Assembly (NCBI GenBank): GCA_910577845.1
Contig: CAJTNA010000006.1
Span: 6,625 to 70,624, forward strand
DNA length: 64,000 bases
Source: an uncultured Christensenella sp.
GTDB taxonomy: Bacteria > Bacillota > Clostridia > Christensenellales > UBA3700
Reading direction: 5' to 3'
The notes below the pieces were generated by a model, which did no database searches, was not told the DNA's origin, and saw only the letters and a program-made list of their open reading frames with translations. Numbering within the stretch: position 1 is the stretch's first letter; each line of letters opens with the position of its first letter. A program made the position numbers and the translations under genes. Of the stretch, positions 49,211 through 56,450 are shown in pieces.

Positions 49211-50350
49211 ATGGATAAAAAAGAAAAGAACAAATATAGTTTTAAAAGTTTATTAGGTAAAATAATATTGGGACTTGCAATCACCATATTTATTTTGCTA
49301 TTAATAATTTTTTTAACTACTGATACAAAAAATATAATACAAGCTTTTCAGGGGATAAATATATCTTATTTGTTTGTGGCAATTGGTTTAACTCTTTTGT
49401 ATTTTATTCTATCACCAATTACTACTTGTATTTTAACTAGGACAAAAAAGTGTGATATCGGAATGTTAGACACATATTTGATTGCAAATACGGAACACTT
49501 CTTCAACGGAATAACACCCTTTGCTACTGGTGGACAACCTTTTCAAGTGTATTCTTATGCAAGGCTAGGGGTAAAAACTGCACAATCTACTGGAATATTG
49601 ATGATGAATTTTATCATTTTTATGGCAGTTACAAACTTATTTGCCATTTTGTCTATTGCAATTTATCCACAATTAATAGTCGCTACTGGAAACTTGTTAC
49701 CTATGATTATAATAGGTTTTACAATGAATTTCCTAACATTCGGTATTATAATTTTACTAGCTTGTAGTAAGAAAGTGGCTAATTTTTTGGTGAAGTTATT
49801 AAGCTTACTTGGAAAAATTAAATTTTTGTCAAAATTTATATTGCCAGCAATACCAGCATTCCAAAAATATTGTGAGGATACTCAAACTGCTTTTAAAGAT
49901 TTGCTAACTCATAAGGGTAGCACACTAATTTGTTTTGTAATTAAAGCAATTACAATGTTTGTATATTATGCAATAACATTTTATATTTTGAAAGCTTTTA
50001 ATATTGAGTGTAGTTATAAGGATATATTCTTTGTTATATGCGGTACTTCCTTTGCTATTACTACTTGTGTTTTTATACCAACGCCAGGTGGTAGTGGCGG
50101 TATTGAGTTTGCATTTACATCAATTTTTGTATATATCGCAAGCGGAATATCTAGCGATTTTGGGGCAAGTGGTATGCTGTTGTGGCGAATGCTAACATAC
50201 TATGGTTTAATGTTAATAAGCTTTTTTGATTATTTGGTTTTAGAAAAACGTACAAATAAATATGCAAAGACACGTGGGCTTTTTGCATTAGAGCCACCTT
50301 GTTTGCAAGAAGATGAGTGTAGTAAAGATGAAAATTTGAATCAAAATTAA
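49211..50350 (+). CDS. lysylphosphatidylglycerol-synthase-TM-region / flippase-like membrane protein (UPF0104), paralog B
   Basis: The tracked start is TTG 49202; ATG 49211 (MDKKEKNKYSF) is more likely. Collinear with paralog A. The first ~130 nt are roughly 90 percent identical at nucleotide level by eye. Confidence 0.7.
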   Translation: MDKKEKNKYSFKSLLGKIILGLAITIFILLLIIFLTTDTKNIIQAFQGINISYLFVAIGLTLLYFILSPITTCILTRTKKCDIGMLDTYLIANTEHFFNGITPFATGGQPFQVYSYARLGVKTAQSTGILMMNFIIFMAVTNLFAILSIAIYPQLIVATGNLLPMIIIGFTMNFLTFGIIILLACSKKVANFLVKLLSLLGKIKFLSKFILPAIPAFQKYCEDTQTAFKDLLTHKGSTLICFVIKAITMFVYYAITFYILKAFNIECSYKDIFFVICGTSFAITTCVFIPTPGGSGGIEFAFTSIFVYIASGISSDFGASGMLLWRMLTYYGLMLISFFDYLVLEKRTNKYAKTRGLFALEPPCLQEDECSKDENLNQN

Positions 50351-50367
50351 AAATAAATAACTATGAC

Positions 50368-50399
50368 AAAAACTACCACAAATTAAGTGGTAGTTTTTT
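50368..50399. terminator. bidirectional rho-independent terminator between convergent genes
   Basis: Stem AAAAACTACCAC / GTGGTAGTTTTT, loop AAATTAA. An A-run upstream and a T-run downstream would allow function on both strands. Confidence 0.7.
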
Positions 50400-50511
50400 G
50401 GTTTATGATAATTAATTTATTATGGAATACTTAATTATGTTGTTTGATAACTAATTGACTAATGTTTTAAAAACGTATAAATATTGATTTATTAATTTTT
50501 TATTAGTTATT

Positions 50512-51738
50512 TTACTTTTTTTCTCTTGTTCCGTAATGTTCGATTACATAGTCTAAGTCTTTGTCACCTCTACCAGATAAGCAAACTAGCACACTGCTTT
50601 TGTTCATTTGTTTTGCAAGTCTAATTGCGTATGCTACTGCGTGGCTTGATTCTATTGCTGGGATAATTCCCTCTAGTCTTGAAAGTTCAAAGAATGCATC
50701 AATGGCTTCGTCATCACCAACTGTGTCATATTTAATTCTGCCAACGTCTTTTAGAAAAGCGTGTTCTGGGCCACTAGAAGGGTAGTCTAATCCGCTTGCT
50801 ACTGAATAAACTGGAGCTGGCTCACCATTAGCATCTTTTAGCATTATACTGTTAAAGCCGTGCATAATGCCCTCATTACCATAAGTTAGACTAGCTGCGT
50901 GGTCACCAAGTTTTTTGCCTCTGCCAAGTGGCTCAACGCCAATAATGTTTACTGGGTCATTTAAGAATGCTGAAAACATACCTATTGAATTACTACCACC
51001 GCCGACACAAGCTACTACATTGTCGGGTAGTTCGCCAGTCATTTGTAAGAATTGTTCTCTTGCCTCAATGCCAACCACACTTTGGAAATCTCTTACCATA
51101 GTAGGGAATGGGTGTGGGCCAAGTGCTGAACCAATGCAATAAATGCAGTCTTTATATTCCTTACTATACGCTGAAAAAGCTGAGTCAACTGCTTCTTTCA
51201 ATGTTTGTAAGCCGTCAGTAACCTCAACAACTCTTGCACCTAGTATTTTCATTCTTGCAACGTTTGGTGCTTGCTTTTTAATATCAACAGCACCCATATA
51301 AATATCACATTCCAAACCGAAATATGCAGCTGCGGTTGCTAGAGCAACGCCGTGTTGGCCAGCACCAGTTTCTGCAATAATTTTCTTTTTGCCCATATAT
51401 TTTGCAAGTAAAGCTTCACCCATACAATGGTTAAGTTTGTGTGCACCGCTATGGTTTAAGTCTTCACGTTTTACGTAAATTTGAACATTGCCATATTTAT
51501 TTGATAATCTTTCACAATGTGATATTGGGGTAGGTCTACCTTGGAACTCACGGCGAATACGTCTAAGTTCACCTACAAACTTTGACGATTTGCATATTGT
51601 ATAATATGCATCTGTAATTTCGTCCATTGCTTTTTTAAGGTCATCAGGCAAATAAGCACCGCCGTATTTTCCAAAATAACCTGCCTCGTTAGGGTAATTT
51701 CTATGATATGTATCAAAATCTATTCCATTTAATTTCAT
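50512..51738 (-). CDS. trpB: tryptophan synthase beta-chain family PLP enzyme, stand-alone (no trpA nearby)
   Basis: 408 aa. [15 protein letters not shown]-lysine context [24 protein letters not shown] and GGGSNSIG. All parallel E. coli TrpB. Confidence 0.8.
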   Translation of the reverse strand: MKLNGIDFDTYHRNYPNEAGYFGKYGGAYLPDDLKKAMDEITDAYYTICKSSKFVGELRRIRREFQGRPTPISHCERLSNKYGNVQIYVKREDLNHSGAHKLNHCMGEALLAKYMGKKKIIAETGAGQHGVALATAAAYFGLECDIYMGAVDIKKQAPNVARMKILGARVVEVTDGLQTLKEAVDSAFSAYSKEYKDCIYCIGSALGPHPFPTMVRDFQSVVGIEAREQFLQMTGELPDNVVACVGGGSNSIGMFSAFLNDPVNIIGVEPLGRGKKLGDHAASLTYGNEGIMHGFNSIMLKDANGEPAPVYSVASGLDYPSSGPEHAFLKDVGRIKYDTVGDDEAIDAFFELSRLEGIIPAIESSHAVAYAIRLAKQMNKSSVLVCLSGRGDKDLDYVIEHYGTREKK

Positions 51739-51800
51739 TTTTTATTCCTCTCTTTATATTTATTTTATCTGGTTTGATTTTATAAAAGTTTGAAAAACTT

Positions 51801-51819
51801 ATCAAAAATCGGTATTAAA
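51801..51819 (+). repeat. copy of the recurrent motif, on the + strand next to a minus-strand gene start
   Basis: ATCAAAAATCGGTATTAAA with TTGAAA (51790-51795) exactly 17 nt upstream of TATTAA (51813-51818). Confidence 0.7.
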
Positions 51820-51830
51820 TGCTACATTAA

Positions 51831-51868
51831 AAGAAAAAACGCATACTTCCATTAGAGTTTATGCGTTA
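51831..51868 (-). terminator. rho-independent terminator (minus strand) after the ACT-domain gene
   Basis: The minus strand reads AACGCATA-loop-TATGCGTT followed by TTTTTCTTTT. Confidence 0.6.
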
Positions 51869-52145
51869 ATTAATATGGCGACACCATCGCCTAGATAAAA
51901 TATACATAATTAAAATCTCCTCTAATCTAATCTAAACTATACTATCCATAATGTCCCTTGCATTATGCGATTTTATATTTTTATTATAACCGCTAAAAAT
52001 ACATATGTCAATATATTTTATGCAATTTTTTTTAAAAAGTTTAAAAATCTATAACATTCTTTAAAAACATTGCTATTATTAAAAATACTATTAAGCTCAC
52101 AAATTTATTTCTATTTATGTCACTTTGAGTAAAATAATTTAATAT

Positions 52146-52556
52146 TTATTCAATTACATTGTAACCATTTTCACCTAGAATGTTTAAAGATTTTTGAAAA
52201 TTATTCTCTTTAACAAAAACATAATCTGTATTATAAGTTGATATCGCAAAAATACTTATGTTATTGTTTGCTAAAATATTGCAAATTTTAGACAATATGC
52301 CAATTAAAGAAAAATCTAAACTCCCTTGCACACGGAATGCTTTCCAACCATCCTCACTTTGCGTTGCATTGATAGGCACATCGCTAGTTAGGCATACTAA
52401 GGAATTTTCGTTATCCGTTTTTTCTATAAAACAAAATTGTGAATGCAAATTTACAAGTGAGTAATCTACAACTTTGCAAACGGAAAAATTATAATCTATT
52501 TTTTTTATTTCCACAAATGTACCTCTTAAAAAATTATACAAATTAATTAAAGACAA
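52146..52556 (-). CDS. ACT-domain (ACT_7-like) small-molecule-binding protein
   Basis: 136 aa. The C-terminal half (GSLDFSLIGILSKICNILANNNISIFAISTYNTDYVFV) looks like an ACT fold. Overlaps the ilvN stop by 10 nt. Confidence 0.5.
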   Translation of the reverse strand: MSLINLYNFLRGTFVEIKKIDYNFSVCKVVDYSLVNLHSQFCFIEKTDNENSLVCLTSDVPINATQSEDGWKAFRVQGSLDFSLIGILSKICNILANNNISIFAISTYNTDYVFVKENNFQKSLNILGENGYNVIE

Positions 52557-53053
52557 AAGTCTTTTATTATTGTTTGACCACGATGTAGGGCAGAAGTTCC
52601 AGACCTTGCAAGTTCAATAATATCATATGGACGAAGTACATCTACAAAAGCGTCAATTTTGCGAGGATTGCCAGTAAGTTCAAGCACCATTGCATTTTGA
52701 CTTAAGTCTATAGTTTTTGCTTTGAATATTGAGCAAATCTCTATAATTTCTGAACGCTTTTCCGCAGTAACCTCAAGTTTAATTAACAATAGTTCACGCA
52801 AAACCGAATCGTCTTCTGCTAATTCAGTAACACCAGTTACATCTATTTGCTTTAGTAATTGATTTTTAAGTGCAGTTATTTGTTTTTCATCACCATATAA
52901 TGATATTGTCATTCTTGAAAGATTTTCATCCTCTGTTTTGCAAACGGAAAGACTTTCAATATTATAACCACGTCTAGAAATTAAGCCAGATATACGTGTT
53001 AGTACGCCAGTATTGTTGGAAACCAACATTGAAATATAATGTAGTTTGTTCAT
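52547..53053 (-). CDS. ilvN: acetolactate synthase small (regulatory) subunit
   Basis: 168 aa. ISMLVSNNTGVLTRISGLISRRGYNIESLSV parallels B. subtilis IlvH. No large-subunit gene is adjacent. Confidence 0.8.
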   Translation of the reverse strand: MNKLHYISMLVSNNTGVLTRISGLISRRGYNIESLSVCKTEDENLSRMTISLYGDEKQITALKNQLLKQIDVTGVTELAEDDSVLRELLLIKLEVTAEKRSEIIEICSIFKAKTIDLSQNAMVLELTGNPRKIDAFVDVLRPYDIIELARSGTSALHRGQTIIKDFCL

Positions 53054-53227
53054 ATAAACCTCTTATTTGCAGTAGTCTATGTTAATTAAATTATGTCAAT
53101 TTGTAAACTAAATAGTTAATTTTTATAACAATTGCTTTAATTTGAATTCAATGTAATAAATTAATTTAGTAAAAATAACACATTTAAAATTTAGTTTAAT
53201 TGACTTTGTTTTTATTAATAACTTTAA

Positions 53228-54151
53228 TTATTTGCTAATATGTCTTAAATCGTCACCATCAAGATATAGTAGTTTAGTAGTATCTTTATTTGTTATTCTA
53301 GAAAAAACCCTGTCACCATACTTGTTTTGCATTTCCATTGGTGACAAATTTGTTGCTATTATTGTATGTTTGTTTACTCTTTCGGATAATAACACAGTAA
53401 GATATTCAATTGTAACATTTTTAATAGTAGGTTCAATACCCAAATCGTCAATAATTAAAACTTCTGTCTCAAGTAAGTTTTCAAAAATGTAGTTTCTTTC
53501 ATTAATATTTGTAGTATGATATTTCAAAAAAAGCGAATTTAAATGGAAAGCAGTAAAATATTGTGCATTAATCCCTTTATCTAATAGTTCATTAAGTGTG
53601 CTACTTAAAAGACAACTTTTACCGACACCAGCTTTACCGCAAAGAATTATATTCTTATATTTGTTATTAGGAAATTCATTGCAATATCTATACATTGAAT
53701 TATAAAGAGTTGATAAGTTTTTGGATTGTTTGCAATCTATTGTTGATATTTTGTTATCCTTAAATGTAAATACAGGAAGTCCGTTTATTCCAGATTTATT
53801 CCTAAGTACTTGTTTATATGTTTTTATAAAACAATCGCAATATTTTCCGTTTACCACACCGATATCTTTGCAGGTAGGGCAGTTATATAAATGTGCGTTG
53901 TTAAGATTTTTGCTTTCATAGTCTTGCAATTTTTTATTTAATTGTTTATCTATCTTTTCAAATTCTGAGCAGTCATCATTATTTGCCAAAGCTCTGCTAA
54001 GTGCCAGCGTATTTAATTTTATTTGCTTTACTAAGCTTGCATACTCTTCGTTTTGCATTAAAATTTGCTTTTGTTTTTCGCATCTCTCTAATGCTATTGC
54101 ACGCCTTTTAGCAAATATTTTTTTTGTTTCGTTTAATGATTTAATATCCAT
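53228..54151 (-). CDS. dnaI: DnaI/DnaC-like helicase loader ATPase
   Basis: I prefer ATG 54151 (MDIKSLNE), 1 nt after the upstream stop, over the tracked 54229. Has a Zn-ribbon-like CPTCKDIG..CDC, Walker A GKAGVGKSCL and Walker B LIIDDLG. Confidence 0.7.
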   Translation of the reverse strand: MDIKSLNETKKIFAKRRAIALERCEKQKQILMQNEEYASLVKQIKLNTLALSRALANNDDCSEFEKIDKQLNKKLQDYESKNLNNAHLYNCPTCKDIGVVNGKYCDCFIKTYKQVLRNKSGINGLPVFTFKDNKISTIDCKQSKNLSTLYNSMYRYCNEFPNNKYKNIILCGKAGVGKSCLLSSTLNELLDKGINAQYFTAFHLNSLFLKYHTTNINERNYIFENLLETEVLIIDDLGIEPTIKNVTIEYLTVLLSERVNKHTIIATNLSPMEMQNKYGDRVFSRITNKDTTKLLYLDGDDLRHISK

Positions 54152-54152
54152 T

Positions 54153-55610
54153 TTAAAAGTCAAGTGCCCCCTTATTCTCATCATTAAAAAGATTGTCAAG
54201 TTCTTCTTTAGAGTATATATGTTTGTCACTGATTATTTGAGTATTTGTGCTAATAGTATCGATTTTTGACGGGTTAATTGTGATTTTTTCGCATTCCTCA
54301 ACACTTTTTACTCCCTTTTCTTTAAAAGTTGCAAGCAAACTATTTAAGTATGCAAAACTCAAAGATTTGCCACAAGATTTCTTTGCTGCGTAATCAATGA
54401 TTTCATCATCCATACCCCAAATATTTGACCAAGTGTTGTAGTAATCTCTGTCAGTGTTTGTTATCATACGTGTTGTGCCAATAGTGTGCAAAATGTTTTT
54501 AATTTTGATATCTGTATGTTGTAATTTTTCAAAATAATTTTGCAAGGATTGAGTTGATACAACGCCATTTTCGTATAGTTTATTTAAAAAATGGTGCATT
54601 CCCTCAAGAGTTTTAATATTTCTCTTAAAACAATAAGTCGCTATTAGTTTAAGTCCTTTTGCTTCATAGCCTTTTTCTAGCCAGTCAGTGATGTATTGCT
54701 CTACAACGGTGTCAATATTTTCATAGTATACACCAATTGTTTTGTTTATGTTTATTGCAAGATTTCTTACAAACTCAATATACTCACTTTGCTTTTGAAT
54801 GTCCGCAAGTGTAAATAAGCCAAGCTTGTAAAAGCCGTCAAGCATTGAATCAAGTTTTTTAATGCCACCACGTTTTTTGCAAAGTTTAGCGGTGTATAGC
54901 ACGCTTTCCAAGTCATATCCCCAAGAGGTTGTCCACTTGATAAAATATTGCTTGTCCTCAAAATCAGGGGTAGATTTAAGACCAAGTGCCAAAAATACCA
55001 TACGCATATTTTCTGTTTGTGCTTCCATTTCTTTCAACTTATTATCTACTTGCTCAATCGTTCTTATTCCCTCATTTGCCCAAGCTTTTGCAACCGCCAG
55101 TATGTAGTTAGTATGTATGTTTTGCCCCTTTGAATCAACGCAGTATTTTGCAATTAGCACCATTGCATCTGTGCTGATTTTATAGTCCTCCACTACCTCT
55201 ACATACTTAATTAGCTCGTTAGGAGTAAGTGTACGTGACAAAATCATATTTTCAATTTGACTTATAAATTCTGCATACTTGTCACGATTGTATTTGCGTG
55301 GTTTGCTTGCAATAGTTTTTAATGGTATATATTCAAATTCAAAAGGATTTTCGTTTGTAATTCTTACAGCACCAATTTCTTCCCAATATTTAATTGCAGT
55401 AATAATTTGGTTCCTTTCCACACCTAATGCCAAACTTACACTATCTAAAGTGTTGTTGCTTTGTATTTTATTTGCACATTGAACCAAGCCATATAGATAT
55501 ACTTTTATGGCTACCTCATCTGCATAAGGCATAAAGTCAGTTATGAACATATTGTCTACAATTGTGCTATTATTAATCAAAGCGTCTTTGCTAAGTGCGG
55601 AAAATGGCAT
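54153..55610 (-). CDS. DnaD/DnaB-type replication initiation and membrane attachment protein (DnaB_2 domains)
   Basis: 485 aa. Repeated DnaD-like domain pattern (YWEEIGAV..., AKAWANEGIRT..., WEKGYEAKGL). Operonic with the dnaI-like gene. Confidence 0.6.
   Translation of the reverse strand: MPFSALSKDALINNSTIVDNMFITDFMPYADEVAIKVYLYGLVQCANKIQSNNTLDSVSLALGVERNQIITAIKYWEEIGAVRITNENPFEFEYIPLKTIASKPRKYNRDKYAEFISQIENMILSRTLTPNELIKYVEVVEDYKISTDAMVLIAKYCVDSKGQNIHTNYILAVAKAWANEGIRTIEQVDNKLKEMEAQTENMRMVFLALGLKSTPDFEDKQYFIKWTTSWGYDLESVLYTAKLCKKRGGIKKLDSMLDGFYKLGLFTLADIQKQSEYIEFVRNLAININKTIGVYYENIDTVVEQYITDWLEKGYEAKGLKLIATYCFKRNIKTLEGMHHFLNKLYENGVVSTQSLQNYFEKLQHTDIKIKNILHTIGTTRMITNTDRDYYNTWSNIWGMDDEIIDYAAKKSCGKSLSFAYLNSLLATFKEKGVKSVEECEKITINPSKIDTISTNTQIISDKHIYSKEELDNLFNDENKGALDF
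54252..54270 (-). repeat. copy of the recurrent motif (minus strand) inside the DnaD-like CDS
   Basis: The minus strand reads GTCAAAAATCGATACTATT, preceded by CC as in the sulfatase copy. Translated as (P)SKIDTI, the same frame as the sulfatase copy. Confidence 0.65.
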
Positions 55611-55929
55611 TTTTATCCCTCGTTTTTAAAAAGTGTTGTTTAAAAATTTATTGTATATTCGCCTAATAGTAAAATATTGTCTTGACAACAACACCTTTAT
55701 GTTGTATAATATTTTTGTTTAAATAAAATTAAATTTTAATATATAGCGTATTATGTTATGTTTAATTTGCCAAAAATCGCATAAATTAATTTATGAGGAC
55801 TATATAGATTGCATTTAAACATAAGCTATAATGATTTATTACATTGTAACACAAACAATCAATACTGTCAATTATAGTGTAAGGATATTGATTGTAATTT
55901 TATCAACTTTTGCGTATGGAGGATTTGTT

Positions 55930-56409
55930 ATGAAAAAGAAAATCGCTTTTTTAACAGCTGTATTGCTTGTTGTTTTATTATTTTGCTTAACTGGCTGTAA
56001 TACTGATTTTAAATTTAGCAAATTGGAATTGACTGCAGAAAATGTAACTTCTATAAGCGTATCATATGGTGATGCTGGTTCAAAGTTTACTGCTACATCA
56101 AGTAAGATTGAGAAAATCATTGGTGAACTTAATAATCTTGAAATTGAAAAATACAAGGAAGAGGTTAATGACAATATCTTTACTGATAGTGTTATTGGTA
56201 TAGTTACTATTGAGCAAGAAGGTAAGAGCGGTAGTTTTGTAATGACTTTTGCACAAACTACTCTTGTAGACAACACAAAAGTTGCGTTATTAAAATGTGA
56301 AGCTAAAGACGGCTTTAAAATTAAAAATATGCCTAAGGATATTTATCAAATGTCAAGCGTTGATGATACTAATGCTTTGCTAAGCAAATTGTTTGCAAAT
56401 TATATTTGA
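55930..56409 (+). CDS. small lipoprotein
   Basis: I prefer ATG 55930 (GGAGGA RBS 5 nt upstream). MKKKIAFLTAVLLVVLLFCLTGC is a signal peptide with the lipobox LTGC. Confidence 0.6.
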   Translation: MKKKIAFLTAVLLVVLLFCLTGCNTDFKFSKLELTAENVTSISVSYGDAGSKFTATSSKIEKIIGELNNLEIEKYKEEVNDNIFTDSVIGIVTIEQEGKSGSFVMTFAQTTLVDNTKVALLKCEAKDGFKIKNMPKDIYQMSSVDDTNALLSKLFANYI

Positions 56410-56450
56410 ATATTTAGATAAAATAAGGATACTTAAGGTTAGGAGAAAAT

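Noticed and set aside
54152-54229. A 77-nt overlap between the tracked DnaI-like ORF start (54229) and the end of the DnaD-like gene.
   Set aside because: An ATG at 54151, one nt after the upstream stop (TAAAATG), gives a sensible N-terminus (MDIKSLNE). The long overlap is an artefact of the longest-ORF call.
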